Assembly (NCBI GenBank): GCA_009841015.1
Contig: VXMQ01000009.1
Span: forward strand, 9,942 to 73,941
DNA length: 64,000 bases
From: Candidatus Palauibacter denitrificans
GTDB taxonomy: Bacteria > Gemmatimonadota > Gemmatimonadetes > Palauibacterales > Palauibacteraceae
Direction of reading: 5' to 3'
The notes under the pieces were generated by a model that was not told where the DNA came from, ran no database searches, and worked only from the letters and a program-made list of their open reading frames with translations. Numbering within the stretch: the stretch's first letter is position 1; every line of letters starts with the position of its first letter. The position numbers were made by a program, and so were the translations under genes. Of the stretch, positions 53,884-64,000 are shown in pieces.

Positions 53884-55007
53884 CAGCCGGCCCGCGGGGC
53901 GCACGCCTTCACGCAGACCACGGGCGGGAGTCCCTCGCACACGAGCCCCCACGTCGTCCCGTCGTCGCGGGAGGCGTACACCTTGCCGCTGCGGGTGCCG
54001 AAGAACACCTGCCCGGGGGCGAGCGTGTCCAGCGCGTCGCGCAGCACGGTCTCGTACGCGTTCCGCTGCGGGAGTCCCTCGGTGAGCGCCTCCCAGCTCG
54101 TGCCGGCGTTCCGGGTGCGGTAGACGCGCAGCTTCGCCTCGGGCGTACAGCGGAAACCGTCCGATTCGAGCGGGACGATGTAGACGGTGTCGGCGTCGCC
54201 CGGGTGCATCGCCATCGCGAAGCCGAAGTCCGACGGGACGCCGTTGGCGATGTCCGTCCACGAATCGCCCCAGTCGTCGCTCCGGTACAGTCCCCAGTGG
54301 TTCTGCAGGAAGAGCCGTCCCGGGTTCGACGGATGGTGCACGATCTTGTGCACGCACTGGCCGAACTCCGGGTGCTTGTCCGGCAGGAACTCCGCGCGCA
54401 CGCCGTTGTTGCGCGCGGCCCAGTTCGCCCCGCCGTCGTCGCTGCGATACGTCCCCGCCGCCGAGATGGCGATGGTCGCGCGCCCGCCCGGCTCGCCGTC
54501 CGTGATGATGGTGTGCAGGCAGAGCCCGCCGGCCCCCGGCTCCCACCGCTCGCGGTGCGGGTGGTTCAGGAGTCCGTCCACCGCCTCCCACTTCTCCCCC
54601 GCATCGTGCGAGATGAACAGGCAAGCGGGTTCGACGCCGAGCCGGATCACATCGGGTTCGCGGGCAGACCCCGGCTGAATCTGCCAGATGCGTTTGAGGG
54701 ACAGCCCGGAGTCCTCGGGGAAGCTGACCGAACGCTCGGCCGTCCCCGACCAGCTCGCCCCGAAGTCGTCCGAGAAGCGCAGCGTCGTCCCCCAGAAGGG
54801 ACTGTGCGGCGCCGCCCACAGGCGCGACCGGCCGGCCCGGTCGTCGTACGCCATCGCGTAGATTTCTTCTCCCGGGAAGTGGGGGCCGTCCAGCTCCCAG
54901 CCCCCGTCGCCCGCTCCGCCGCCGTCGCGCGGCCGCGCCAGGAAGGCGCCCTTCGTCGTGCCCAGCAGGAGCGTGCCGCCCCCGTTCGTCCCGTTTCCGC
55001 TCGCCAC
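53883..55007 (-). CDS. BNR/Asp-box repeat protein (sialidase-fold beta-propeller)
   Basis: Six Asp-boxes: SDDFGASW, SHDAGEKW, SDDGGANW, SDDWGDSW, TRNAGTSW and SRDDGTTW. Confidence 0.85.
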   Translation of the reverse strand: MASGNGTNGGGTLLLGTTKGAFLARPRDGGGAGDGGWELDGPHFPGEEIYAMAYDDRAGRSRLWAAPHSPFWGTTLRFSDDFGASWSGTAERSVSFPEDSGLSLKRIWQIQPGSAREPDVIRLGVEPACLFISHDAGEKWEAVDGLLNHPHRERWEPGAGGLCLHTIITDGEPGGRATIAISAAGTYRSDDGGANWAARNNGVRAEFLPDKHPEFGQCVHKIVHHPSNPGRLFLQNHWGLYRSDDWGDSWTDIANGVPSDFGFAMAMHPGDADTVYIVPLESDGFRCTPEAKLRVYRTRNAGTSWEALTEGLPQRNAYETVLRDALDTLAPGQVFFGTRSGKVYASRDDGTTWGLVCEGLPPVVCVKACAPRAG

Positions 55008-55105
55008 GATCCGTCCCCTCGTTCTTCACAAGTCGCTTCGCAACCGTAGTACGTCGCTTCGCGGCCGAAGTTGCCGGCGGCCAATGTACCATGCGGGTGC
55101 GGCCG

Positions 55106-55164
55106 GGGTGCGTCGGCCCGCGGCCAGGGTGCGTCGGCCCGCTGACGAGGTTGCGTTGGCCCGC
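55106..55164. repeat. Three tandem copies of a 16-nt motif in a divergent intergenic region
   Basis: gggtgcgtcggcccgc occurs at 55106-55121 and 55127-55142 (identical, 21-nt period). ggttgcgttggcccgc occurs at 55149-55164 (2 mismatches, 22-nt period). Confidence 0.7.
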
Positions 55165-55191
55165 CGACGGCGGGGCCGTATCATCCGGCCC

Positions 55192-55923
55192 ATGCAGGTC
55201 TGGATCGGCACGAGCGGCTACAGCTATCCCGCGTGGAAAGGCAGCTTCTACCCGGAGGATCTCCCCAACAAGGAGATGTTGTCCTTCTACGGGCGCCGGC
55301 TTCAGGCCGTCGAGATCAACAACACCTTCTACCGCATGCCGCGCGAGAGCGTGCTCGAGAACTGGGCCGGGGCGGTGCCCGACGGATTCCGCTTCGCGCT
55401 CAAGGCGTCGCGCCGCATCACGCACTTCAAGCGGTTGCAGAACACGGAAGAAGAGACGGAGTATCTCGTGCAGACGGCGTCGGTGATGGCGGATCGCGCG
55501 GGCGTCATCCTTTACCAGCTTCCGCCCAACTTCAAGCGGGACGATGAACGGCTCGCGCGTTTCGTGGACCAGCTTCCGAACCCCGGTACCTCCGCCTTCG
55601 AGTTCCGGCACGCCTCGTGGTTCGACGAGGCGGTGTTCGACATCCTCCGGGCCCGGAACTCCGCCCTCTGCCTCGCCGAGACGGACGACGGAGACGATGC
55701 GCCTCTCGTCGAGACGGCGGACTGGACCTACCTCCGGCTGCGTCGCAGCGCGTACTCCGCGGAGGAGCTGGAAACCTGGGCCGGGCGGTTGCGCGCTTCG
55801 GGCTGGGGCCGGGTCTACGCCTTCTTCAAGCATGAGGACGCCGGCGTGGGTCCCGCGCTCGCCGAGCAGTTCACCGAGATGATGACGGAGATGACGGGGA
55901 TGGCGGAGAGAGCCCACGCATGA
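55192..55923 (+). CDS. DUF72 (UPF0759, YecE-like) protein
   Basis: Internal ATG at 55192. Motifs IGTSGYSYPAWKGSFYP, INNTFYRMP and YQLPPNF. Confidence 0.9.
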   Translation: MQVWIGTSGYSYPAWKGSFYPEDLPNKEMLSFYGRRLQAVEINNTFYRMPRESVLENWAGAVPDGFRFALKASRRITHFKRLQNTEEETEYLVQTASVMADRAGVILYQLPPNFKRDDERLARFVDQLPNPGTSAFEFRHASWFDEAVFDILRARNSALCLAETDDGDDAPLVETADWTYLRLRRSAYSAEELETWAGRLRASGWGRVYAFFKHEDAGVGPALAEQFTEMMTEMTGMAERAHA

Positions 55924-56705
55924 CCCGCGTCGTCGGCCAACTGCTCCTGATCAACGTCGTCGCCTACGTGTTCACGCGCACGAACCCCGCCCTGATGTCG
56001 GAGCTGTGGCTCGTCCCCGCCCAGGTTCTGACCCGGCCCTGGACGCTCATCACCTACCAGTTCCTGCACGGCGGCATGTCCCACATCTTCTTCAACATGC
56101 TCGCGCTCTTCTTCTTCGGGCCGAAGCTCGAGTCGCTGCTCGGGTCGAAGAGTTTCCTCAGGCTGTACCTGCTGGCCGGGCTGGTGGGAGCCCTCGTCCA
56201 CATCCTCTGGACCATCCCCACGATGTCGCAGGGCACCCTGTACGTGCCGATGGTCGGCGCCTCGGCGGCGGTGTACGGCGTGCTCTTCGGCTACGCGCGC
56301 TACTGGCCGCGCGACCGGGTGATGATCTGGTTCGTCATCCCGGTGCAGGTCCGCTTCCTCGTCATCGGCTTCACCGTGCTCTCCCTGTGGCTGGGCCTGG
56401 GCGGCGTCGGTGGGGGCGTGGCGCACTTCGCGCACCTGGGCGGGTTCCTCGGCGGCTGGCTCTACCTGAGGTGGCGGGCCACGCGCTCCGCCGCGGCGCA
56501 GTTCCGCAAGAAGGCCGAGAGCCCCGGCGTCCGCATGGGAGAGCGGGAGTTGAACGTGAAGTGGGGCCGCATCGAGCCGAGCGCCCTGCATCCCGTGAAC
56601 CGGGCCGAGTACGAGCGCATCGCCGGCAAGCTCAAGGCCGCGGGCTGGTCCGCCCTCACCGACCGCGAACGCACGTTCGTGGAGAGATTCGGCGGTTTCA
56701 GCTAG
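55920..56705 (+). CDS. Rhomboid family intramembrane serine protease
   Basis: FLHGGMSHIFFNM, catalytic GASAAVYG and HLGGFLGG. ATGA overlap with the DUF72 stop. Confidence 0.9.
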   Translation: MTRVVGQLLLINVVAYVFTRTNPALMSELWLVPAQVLTRPWTLITYQFLHGGMSHIFFNMLALFFFGPKLESLLGSKSFLRLYLLAGLVGALVHILWTIPTMSQGTLYVPMVGASAAVYGVLFGYARYWPRDRVMIWFVIPVQVRFLVIGFTVLSLWLGLGGVGGGVAHFAHLGGFLGGWLYLRWRATRSAAAQFRKKAESPGVRMGERELNVKWGRIEPSALHPVNRAEYERIAGKLKAAGWSALTDRERTFVERFGGFS

Positions 56706-56741
56706 CAAGGACTGTCCCGCCGCCTTCCCCGGCCTCGGAAT

Positions 56742-56769
56742 TTGCGAAACAGGTAAAATCCCCTATCTT
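56742..56769 (+). promoter_or_regulatory. Candidate sigma70-type promoter for the leu/ilv cluster
   Basis: TTGCGA (56742-56747), a 16-nt spacer, then TATCTT (56764-56769), 42 nt upstream of the leuA ATG. Pattern match only. Confidence 0.25.
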
Positions 56770-56810
56770 CCGCCGCTTCCGCGTCCTCCAACCCTCCCAG
56801 GGGTGCCGCC

Positions 56811-58397
56811 ATGCAGCACGTCGCGATCTTCGATACGACCCTCCGAGATGGGGAGCAGGCTCCGGGCTTCAGCATGAACGTGAAGGAAAAGCTCCTTCTC
56901 GCGCGCCAGCTCGAACGTCTCAACGTGGATGTGATCGAGGCGGGCTTTCCGGTCGCCTCGGACGGGGACTTCGATGCGGTCAGGAAGATCGCCGAAGAGA
57001 TCCGCGAAGTTTCCGTTACCGGACTCGCCCGCACGAATCCCGGCGACATCCGTCGTTGCTGGGAGGCGCTGCAGGGCGCGGCGAAGCCCAGGATCCACAC
57101 TTTCCTGGCCACGAGCGATATCCATCTCGAGCACAAGCTTCGCGTGTGCCGAGCCGAGGCGCTGGACATGGCGGCCGCGGCCGTCGAACTCGCGCGGTCG
57201 CTCTGCGACGATGTCCAGTTTTCGGCGGAGGACGCGGGGCGTTCCGATCGCGAATACCTGTATCGGGTGGTAGCCGCCGTGATCGAGGCGGGGGCCACAG
57301 TCATCAATCTCCCGGACACGGTGGGTTACTGCATGCCGGACGAGTACGGCGCGATGTTTGCCGGGCTCGCGGATGTGGACGGCATCGAGGGCGTGACGGT
57401 CAGTACGCACACACACAATGATCTGGGCCTCGCCGTCGCCAACTCCCTGGCCGGTGTCCTGAACGGAGCACGCCAGATCGAGTGCGCCGTGAATGGCATT
57501 GGCGAGCGCGCCGGTAACGCCGCGCTCGAGGAAGTCGTGATGGCGCTCCATGTCCGCTCCGGCCTGCTCGGCCTCAAGAGCGGCGTGAATACGCGCGAGA
57601 TCCACCGCGCGAGCCAGTTGCTGGCGAGCGTGACGGGGACGGATGTGCAGCCGAACAAGGCGATCGTCGGAAGGAACGCCTTCGCACACGAAGCCGGCAT
57701 CCACCAGGACGGCGTCCTCAAGTACGCGGGGACATACGAGATCATGACGCCCGAGTCCGTGGGCGTGCCGAAAAACCGGCTCGTGCTAGGCAAGCACTCC
57801 GGGCGTCACGGGCTCGCGGCGCGTTATCGGGAACTGGGCTACGAGCTCGGCGAAGAAGACCTGACACGCGCGTACATGTTGTTCACGAAGCTGGCGGACC
57901 GTAAGGGGACGGTTTACGACGAGGATCTGTTGACGATCGTCAACGTGGGCCTGCCCTCGGTCCCCCGGGCGTACGCCCTCAAGCACTTCCATCTCGTGGG
58001 GCAGGCGGATGCCATCTGCGCGGTCACCATCAGTCTGGAGAGGGAAGGCGTCCTGTACACGGAATCGGCAACCGGAGATGGACCGGTCGATGCCATCGTG
58101 CGCGCGGTGAATCAGATCGTCGGCACGGATGGCAGGGTCCTCGAGTATGCTGCGAAATCGGTGACTCAGGGGAGCGACGCCGTGGGCGAGGTGTTCATGA
58201 ACGTGGATTTCGGCGGCAGGCAGGCGGCGGGGCGCGCGGCCAGCACCGACCTCAACATCGGTGCGGCCCTGTCGTACGTGGATGCGATCAACAGGGCGAC
58301 CCGGCTGGCGTCACGTGACGGTGCGGCCGCCGATCCTCGCGCGACCGTCTCGGACCGGGATCCCGGAGTCGTGGCCGGGCGGCAGCGCGCGACCTAG
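56811..58397 (+). CDS. leuA: 2-isopropylmalate synthase
   Basis: 528 aa with IFDTTLRDGEQ and HTHNDLGLAVAN motifs and a LeuA dimerisation C-terminus. Confidence 0.97.
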   Translation: MQHVAIFDTTLRDGEQAPGFSMNVKEKLLLARQLERLNVDVIEAGFPVASDGDFDAVRKIAEEIREVSVTGLARTNPGDIRRCWEALQGAAKPRIHTFLATSDIHLEHKLRVCRAEALDMAAAAVELARSLCDDVQFSAEDAGRSDREYLYRVVAAVIEAGATVINLPDTVGYCMPDEYGAMFAGLADVDGIEGVTVSTHTHNDLGLAVANSLAGVLNGARQIECAVNGIGERAGNAALEEVVMALHVRSGLLGLKSGVNTREIHRASQLLASVTGTDVQPNKAIVGRNAFAHEAGIHQDGVLKYAGTYEIMTPESVGVPKNRLVLGKHSGRHGLAARYRELGYELGEEDLTRAYMLFTKLADRKGTVYDEDLLTIVNVGLPSVPRAYALKHFHLVGQADAICAVTISLEREGVLYTESATGDGPVDAIVRAVNQIVGTDGRVLEYAAKSVTQGSDAVGEVFMNVDFGGRQAAGRAASTDLNIGAALSYVDAINRATRLASRDGAAADPRATVSDRDPGVVAGRQRAT

Positions 58398-58401
58398 TCC
58401 C

Positions 58402-59529
58402 ATGGACGGGCGCATCCTGTTCCTGCCCGGCGATGGCATCGGCCCCGAAGTCCTCCGCGAAGCGCGACGGGTGCTGGAGGCCATCGGCGAGAGCTTCGGT
58501 CACCGGTTCGAGGTCATCGAGGCTCCGATCGGCGACGACGCGCTGGAGCGTTTCGGAGACCCTCTGCCGGATGAGACCCGATTGCTGGCCGTCGGCGTCG
58601 ACGCCGTGCTTGTCGGGGCCGTGGGGCTCGCCGTGCGCTCGGTGGATGGCGTGCGAGCCGATGCTTCCAGGGGGCTCCTCGCTCTGCGACAGTTGCTCGG
58701 GAATCACGCGAATATCCGGCCTGTCTCGGTCCCGGCGGCCCTCGTCGACCGGTCTCCCCTCCGCCCGGACCGCGTCCGCGGCGTGGATCTGGTGGTCGTC
58801 CGCGAGTTGCTCGGCGGCATCTATTTCGGACGTCCGCGGGGGATTGAGGACGGCGTCGCCTATGACACGGAAGTCTATACCGAAGAGGAGATCCGGCGGA
58901 TTTCCGTGTCGGCGTTCGAACTCGCGCGCACGCGACGGAAGAAGGTGACATCGATCGACAAGGCGAACGTGCTGGAGTCGTCGATCTTCTGGCGTCGCAT
59001 CGCCGAAGACGTATCCCGTGGCTATTCGGACGTCGAGTTCTCCAGCATGCTGGTGGACAACTGCGCGATGCAGTTGATCCATAATCCACGACAGTTCGAC
59101 GTCCTGCTGACGAGCAACATGTTCGGCGACATCCTGAGCGACGAGGCGGCGGTGCTTGCCGGAAGTCTGGGAATGCTGCCGTCAGCGAGCGTGGGCGGCG
59201 TCGTCGGTCTCTACGAGCCGGTACACGGTGCGGCGCCGGACATCGCGGGGCGGGGAATCGCCAACCCCCTCGGCGCAATCCTCTCCGTCGCAATGATGCT
59301 CGAACTCACGTTCGCGCTGTCGGAGGAGGCGGGCGCCGTGCGGGAGGCCGTGAACCGCGTGATTGAGGACGGGTACGGCACGGCGGACATCCGCGCCGCC
59401 GGCGGCCGGGCGCCGGTGTCGACCGCGAGAATGGGTGAGTTGGTCGCCGGAGCGCTGCGCCCGCCGGGTGCGGCGGCGCCGGCAGGCGGGGTGGGGGCGG
59501 ACGGTGGCGCGCGGGGGCAAGCGTGCTGA
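58402..59529 (+). CDS. leuB: 3-isopropylmalate dehydrogenase
   Basis: Internal ATG at 58402. Motifs [10 protein letters not shown] and [25 protein letters not shown]. Confidence 0.95.
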   Translation: MDGRILFLPGDGIGPEVLREARRVLEAIGESFGHRFEVIEAPIGDDALERFGDPLPDETRLLAVGVDAVLVGAVGLAVRSVDGVRADASRGLLALRQLLGNHANIRPVSVPAALVDRSPLRPDRVRGVDLVVVRELLGGIYFGRPRGIEDGVAYDTEVYTEEEIRRISVSAFELARTRRKKVTSIDKANVLESSIFWRRIAEDVSRGYSDVEFSSMLVDNCAMQLIHNPRQFDVLLTSNMFGDILSDEAAVLAGSLGMLPSASVGGVVGLYEPVHGAAPDIAGRGIANPLGAILSVAMMLELTFALSEEAGAVREAVNRVIEDGYGTADIRAAGGRAPVSTARMGELVAGALRPPGAAAPAGGVGADGGARGQAC

Positions 59530-61196
59530 ACCGGATCAGCCGCGAGTTAACGCAGCGCCGGGACCGGCCGGCCGCACGCGCGATGCTGTTCGCGGCGGGT
59601 CTGACCGAGGATGATCTGGATCGCCCGCAGATCGGGATCGTCAGCTCCGGGTACGAAGGCAATCCGTGCAACATGCACCTCAACGGTCTCGCCGCGGCGG
59701 CAAGGGAAGGCGTCCGGTCGTCCGACATGATCGGCTTCGTCTCGAACACGATCGGGGTCAGCGACGGAATCTCGATGGGCACGTTCGGGATGCGCTATTC
59801 GCTCCCCTCGCGCGACCTGATCGCGGATTCGATCGAAACGATCGCGTCGGCGCAACACTACGACGGCGTGGTCACGATCATGGGCTGCGACAAGAACATG
59901 CCCGGCGCGATGATGGCCATGAGCCGCCTCGACCGCCCCGCCATGATGATTTACGGCGGGACCATCGCGCCGGGACGCCGGAACGGGGAGCGGCTTGATG
60001 TGGTTTCCTCCTTCGAAGCGCTCGGGCAGCGGCTGGCCGGCGCCATCACCGAGAAGGAGTACCGGGACATCGTGCGCCTGAGTTGCCCGGGCGCGGGGGC
60101 GTGCGGCGGCATGTTCACGGCGAACACGATGGCCTCGACGATCGAAGTCATGGGGATGAGCCTCCCGGGCAGCTCCTCGAACCCTGCGACGAGCGAAGAC
60201 AAGAAGGCGGAGTGCCGGAGGGCGGGACGGGCGATCCGGAACCTGCTCGAGCGGAGCCTTCGTCCGCGCGACATCCTCACGCGCGAGGCGTTCGAGAATG
60301 CGATCACACTGGCCGTGGTGATCGGCGGATCCACGAACGTGGTGCTTCACCTCCTGGCCATCGCGCGCACCGCCGGGGTCGCCCTCACGATCGACGATTT
60401 TCAGCGCATCAGCGATCGCACGCCAGTGCTCGCGGACTTCAGACCCAGCGGCCCCTACGTCATGGAGGATCTGCACCGGATCGGCGGCATGCCGGCCCTC
60501 ATCAAGGTGCTCCTCGCGGAAGGCCTCCTCCACGGCGAATGCATGACCGTCACCGGAAAGACACTGGCGGAGAACGCGGCGGATGCGCCCCCGTTGGGCG
60601 ACGATCCGAGCGTCGTGCACGGCCTGGACGACCCCATCAAGGCTTCCGGGCACCTCCGCATCCTCTACGGCAACGTGGCCGAGGGCGGCTCCGTGGCGAA
60701 GATCACCGGCAAGGAGGGCGAGGTCTTCGAGGGGCCGGCCCGAGTGTTCGACAGCGAGGCCGAGGCGAACGAGGCGATCGGGGAGGGGCGGATCCGAAAG
60801 GGCGACGTGATCGTCATCCGCTACGAAGGCCCGCGCGGCGGGCCCGGCATGCCGGAGATGCTGACGCCGACCTCCATGATCATGGGACGCGGGCTGGGCG
60901 GCGACGTCGCCCTCATCACGGACGGCCGATTCTCCGGTGGCACGCACGGCTTCGTCGTCGGACACATTACGCCGGAGGCGCAGGAGGGCGGCGTCATCGC
61001 CCTCCTCTCCGACGGCGACCGCATACGGATCGACGCGGTCGAGAACACCATAAACGCCGACCTTTCGTCCGCTGAGCTGAGCGGTCGGCGAGAGAAGTGG
61101 ACGGCCCCGCCTCCGCGCGTGGCGTCGGGTGCGCTCCATAGATACTCCCGCACTGTGTCCGCCGCCTCGGAAGGGTGTACGACCGATGGACCGTAA
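59523..61196 (+). CDS. ilvD: Dihydroxy-acid dehydratase
   Basis: 557 aa with [24 protein letters not shown] and [13 protein letters not shown]. The GTG start overlaps the leuB stop. Confidence 0.97.
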   Translation: MLNRISRELTQRRDRPAARAMLFAAGLTEDDLDRPQIGIVSSGYEGNPCNMHLNGLAAAAREGVRSSDMIGFVSNTIGVSDGISMGTFGMRYSLPSRDLIADSIETIASAQHYDGVVTIMGCDKNMPGAMMAMSRLDRPAMMIYGGTIAPGRRNGERLDVVSSFEALGQRLAGAITEKEYRDIVRLSCPGAGACGGMFTANTMASTIEVMGMSLPGSSSNPATSEDKKAECRRAGRAIRNLLERSLRPRDILTREAFENAITLAVVIGGSTNVVLHLLAIARTAGVALTIDDFQRISDRTPVLADFRPSGPYVMEDLHRIGGMPALIKVLLAEGLLHGECMTVTGKTLAENAADAPPLGDDPSVVHGLDDPIKASGHLRILYGNVAEGGSVAKITGKEGEVFEGPARVFDSEAEANEAIGEGRIRKGDVIVIRYEGPRGGPGMPEMLTPTSMIMGRGLGGDVALITDGRFSGGTHGFVVGHITPEAQEGGVIALLSDGDRIRIDAVENTINADLSSAELSGRREKWTAPPPRVASGALHRYSRTVSAASEGCTTDGP

Positions 61197-62970
61197 GATG
61201 ATGGAACTGGAGCGCACCGCCGTACGCACGGTCGGCGAGGCCCCTTTGCCCCGCCGGGAACGAGACCTCACCAGCCGCTCGAACAGGATATCGGGGGCGG
61301 AAGCCGTGGTCCGCTCGCTCGTCGAGGGCGGGGTACGCACGGTGTTCGGATATCCCGGCGGCGCGATCATGCCCGTCTACGATGCCCTCTTCGACCACGG
61401 TCATGAGATACGCCACGTCCTTGTACGCCATGAGCAGGGATCGATACACGCCGCCGAAGGATATGCGCGCGCGTGCGGAAGGACGGGAGTGTGCATTGCC
61501 ACCTCCGGACCCGGCGCGACCAACCTCCTCACGGGCATCGCCGACGCGAAGATGGACAGCACCCCGGTCGTGTGCATTACGGGCCAGGTTCCGTCGAGCG
61601 CCCTCGGTTCCGACGCGTTTCAGGAAACGGACGTGATGTCCGTGAGTGCTCCGCTGACCAAGTGGAACCATCAAATCACGGATCCGGCGGATATCCCGGT
61701 GGTGATCTCGAAGGCCCTCCACCTGGCTCGCAGTGGCCGCCCGGGGCCCGTCCTCGTCGACATCACGAAAGATGCCCAGACCGGCACTCTCGCCTATCGG
61801 CCGCACGAGGAGGAGCACGAGGTCAGGGGGTACGAACCGTTCCCGACGCTGGATGAGGAGCGTGTGGAAGCGGCGTGTCGACTCATCGACCGGGCGAAGC
61901 GACCACTCGTACTCGCCGGCCAGGGCGTCCTGTTGTCGGGAGCGCAGAAGGAACTCAGGGAGTTCGTTGAGAAGGCCGGACTTCCCTTCGCCTGCACCCT
62001 GCTGGGGCTGGGAGCCGTAACGAGCGAACATCCGCTTTATGTGGGGCTGCTCGGCATGCACGGGAACTATGGGCCCAACATAAAGACCGACGAGTGCGAT
62101 CTGCTCGTCGCCGTCGGCATGCGGTTCGACGACCGCGTAACGGGCGACCTCGCCAGGTACGCTCGACAGGCCAAGGTCGTTCACCTGGACATCGATGCAT
62201 CGGAAATCGGCAAGAACGTGCCTGCCGACGTGGAGATCCTGGCCGATGCGAGAGAAGCTCTGGGCGCCATGACGACGCGGGTGCGGGGCAGGTCTCGCAC
62301 GGCATGGCTGGCCGAGTTCGCCGCCTGCGATGCGGTCGAACGGGAGCGCGTGATCGAGAACGACCTGAACCCCGCGTCGCCCGAACTTCGGATGAGCGAG
62401 GCGATGGACCGGCTTGCTGCGCGAACGGGGGGTCGAGCTATCGTCGTCGCGGACGTGGGGCAACACCAGATGGCCGCCGCACGCTACTACGGGTGTCGCG
62501 ACGGCGGGGCCTTCATCACGTCGGGTGGCCTCGGCACGATGGGCTTCGCCCTGCCGGCGGCGATGGGTGTCGGGCTGGCCCGCCGGGATCGCCCCGTGGT
62601 CGCGGTGATCGGCGACGGCGGCTTTCAGATGACTTTGCAGGAACTCGCAACGATCGTCGAGGAGCGGATACCCGTGAAGATCATGATATTGAACAATGGG
62701 TATCTGGGTATGGTTCGACAGTGGCAGGAACTGTTTTTCCGCCGCCGCTATTCCCAGACCGAGCTCACGAATCCGGACTTCGTGGCGATCGCCGAGGCAT
62801 ACGGAATGAAGGGCGGACGGGTGTCGGCGAGGGCCGAACTCGATGCCTCGATCGACGAGATGCTCTCCTCGGCAGCGCCGTTCCTGCTGGAAGTGATCGT
62901 CGAGCGCGAGGAGAACGTCTTCCCCATGGTACCGGCGGGGGCCGGCTGTGCGGAGATTCGTCTCGAATAG
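61183..62970 (+). CDS. ilvB: Acetolactate synthase, large subunit
   Basis: TPP enzyme motifs ([41 protein letters not shown]). Start chosen at ATG 61183. ATG 61195 and ATG 61198 are also possible. Confidence 0.94.
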   Translation, partial: PMDRKMMELERTAVRTVGEAPLPRRERDLTSRSNRISGAEAVVRSLVEGGVRTVFGYPGGAIMPVYDALFDHGHEIRHVLVRHEQGSIHAAEGYARACGRTGVCIATSGPGATNLLTGIADAKMDSTPVVCITGQVPSSALGSDAFQETDVMSVSAPLTKWNHQITDPADIPVVISKALHLARSGRPGPVLVDITKDAQTGTLAYRPHEEEHEVRGYEPFPTLDEERVEAACRLIDRAKRPLVLAGQGVLLSGAQKELREFVEKAGLPFACTLLGLGAVTSEHPLYVGLLGMHGNYGPNIKTDECDLLVAVGMRFDDRVTGDLARYARQAKVVHLDIDASEIGKNVPADVEILADAREALGAMTTRVRGRSRTAWLAEFAACDAVERERVIENDLNPASPELRMSEAMDRLAARTGGRAIVVADVGQHQMAAARYYGCRDGGAFITSGGLGTMGFALPAAMGVGLARRDRPVVAVIGDGGFQMTLQELATIVEERIPVKIMILNNGYLGMVRQWQELFFRRRYSQTELTNPDFVAIAEAYGMKGGRVSARAELDASIDEMLSSAAPFLLEVIVEREENVFPMVPAGAGCAEIRLE

Positions 62971-62980
62971 GAGGGGGAAC

Positions 62981-63253
62981 GTGCATGCTCAGTATACGGT
63001 CACGGCCCTGACGGAAAAGGAAAACAGTTCGTTCCTGCGTCTCATTTCGGCCATGGGTCGGCATCGGATCGCCATCGAGAGCTATGCCTGCAGCACCAGT
63101 CGCTCCGGTGCGACATACAAACACGTGCTGACCGTGCGGGCCCGGCCGGAGGGCATGCGCCGCGCCGTCAAGCAGATCGGTGGCTACGTGGGCGTTCTCG
63201 GAATCTGCTATCGCGGGCTGGAAGAGAACGCGAACTCTGAAAAGGCCGGCTGA
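62981..63253 (+). CDS. Small ACT-domain protein, acetolactate synthase small-subunit-like
   Basis: 90 aa. GTG 62981 is preceded by GGAGGGGG. The position between ilvB and ilvC and an ACT-like beta-alpha-beta pattern support the call. Sequence similarity was judged only by eye. Confidence 0.55.
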   Translation: MHAQYTVTALTEKENSSFLRLISAMGRHRIAIESYACSTSRSGATYKHVLTVRARPEGMRRAVKQIGGYVGVLGICYRGLEENANSEKAG

Positions 63254-63287
63254 AGACGCCAGTCGTCCGCAAGGAGGGTTAGGGCCT

Positions 63288-64000
63288 GTGGCAAGGATAC
63301 ATGTCGGCGACGCGGAAGAAGATGTCGTCACGCGGGAAGAGTGGCCGCTCGAGAAGGCGCGCGAGGCGCTGAGGGATGAGACGATCGCCGTGCTGGGCTA
63401 CGGGGTCCAGGGTCCGGGACAGGCGCTCAACCTGAGAGACAACGGATTCCGCGTGATCATCGGACAGCGCACGGGTTCCGACTCCTGGGACCGCGCCGTC
63501 GCCGATGGTTGGGTGGAGGGCGAGACGCTGTTCGAGATCGGGGAGGCAGCCGGCCGGGGCACCATCCTCCAGTACCTCCTCTCCGACGCCGGTCAGATCG
63601 CCTGCTGGGACGAGGTCAAGGCACAACTCGCCCCCGGAAAGTGTCTCTATTTCTCGCACGGGTTCGGCGTCACGTACCGGGAACAGACGGGGATCATCCC
63701 TCCCGGGGATGTCGACGTCGTGCTCGTGGCCCCGAAGGGATCCGGCCTTTCGCTCAGGCGGCTGTTCGTTCAGGGGAAGGGCGTGAACTCGAGTTACGGT
63801 ATCTTCCAGGACGCGACGGGCCGGGCGAGGGAGCGCGTCATCTCGCTCGGCATCGGCGTCGGCTCCGCCTTTCTCTTCGAGACGGATTTCCAGCGGGAAG
63901 TGTGGTCGGACCTCACGGGCGAGCGCGGGATCCTCATGGGCGCGATCGCGGGCGTCTTCGAGGCGCAGTTCGCGGTGCTGCGCAAGAACGGCCATTCCCC
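63288..64000 (+). CDS. ilvC: Ketol-acid reductoisomerase, N-terminal ~237 aa (3' end outside the window); absent from the ORF track
   Basis: My own translation from GTG 63288 (AAGGAGGG lies 9 nt upstream) gives VARIHVGDAEEDVVTREEWPLEKAREALRDETIAVLGYGVQGPGQALNLRDNGFRVIIGQR...LVAPKGSG...EVWSDLTGERGILMG. The frame stays open to nt 64000. Confidence 0.93.
   Translation, partial: MARIHVGDAEEDVVTREEWPLEKAREALRDETIAVLGYGVQGPGQALNLRDNGFRVIIGQRTGSDSWDRAVADGWVEGETLFEIGEAAGRGTILQYLLSDAGQIACWDEVKAQLAPGKCLYFSHGFGVTYREQTGIIPPGDVDVVLVAPKGSGLSLRRLFVQGKGVNSSYGIFQDATGRARERVISLGIGVGSAFLFETDFQREVWSDLTGERGILMGAIAGVFEAQFAVLRKNGHS

Noticed and set aside
1-64000. Scanned for CRISPR arrays, tRNA/rRNA genes, integrases/transposases and terminal inverted repeats.
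   Set aside because: No regularly spaced repeats, no cloverleaf-compatible intergenic segments (all intergenic gaps are short) and no recombinase signatures appear in any listed ORF. A tRNAscan/Infernal run would be needed to exclude small RNAs formally.

Overview
64-kb window from a high-GC bacterial chromosome. Single 60-nt lines I counted in core genes are about 70-77% GC. Nt 1-33045 and 53547-64000 are ordinary, densely packed housekeeping DNA. The left part holds NAD-GDH (5' truncated), glnA, a PPTase, a sugar epimerase and dehydrogenase, guaB and a LysM lytic transglycosylase. It continues with a long minus-strand cluster (mfd, surA-like, pdxA, ftsE, ftsX, envC-like, holB, moaC), BatA/DUF58, an M28 peptidase, smpB, an amidase and pyrK-pyrD. 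It ends with an AmgK-like kinase (fused to a RapZ C-terminal domain) plus MurU-like pair and a quinone oxidoreductase. The right part holds MoaD/BNR, DUF72, rhomboid and leuA-leuB-ilvD-ilvB-ilvN-like-ilvC (3' truncated). Between them (about 33046-53300) sits a ~20-kb accessory island. It has no integrase, transposase, tRNA or att-like repeat that I could see, and its GC is patchy and lower (53-58% in several spot-counted lines). The island holds two candidate conflict systems. (i) A plus-strand NYN-like nuclease / NACHT-type STAND NTPase pair (33182-36166). (ii) A convergent 17-kb, nine-gene minus-strand operon (53128 down to 36183) joined by start/stop overlaps. Its genes in order are an HTH-SNF2-DUF3883 helicase, a HEPN-like helical protein, a C5 DNA methyltransferase, a GHKL ATPase with a PD-(D/E)xK tail, a KAP P-loop NTPase, a DUF1156 amino-methyltransferase, an unlisted 53-aa HicB-like sORF, a DUF499 ATPase and a PD-(D/E)xK-like protein. 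This operon is my main candidate for the undescribed system. An orphan Phd/YefM antitoxin marks the right island border. No rRNA, tRNA or CRISPR array was found. Many long ORFs in the track are GC-driven shadow ORFs and were not called. All domain calls come from motif recognition by eye and need HMM or structure searches.
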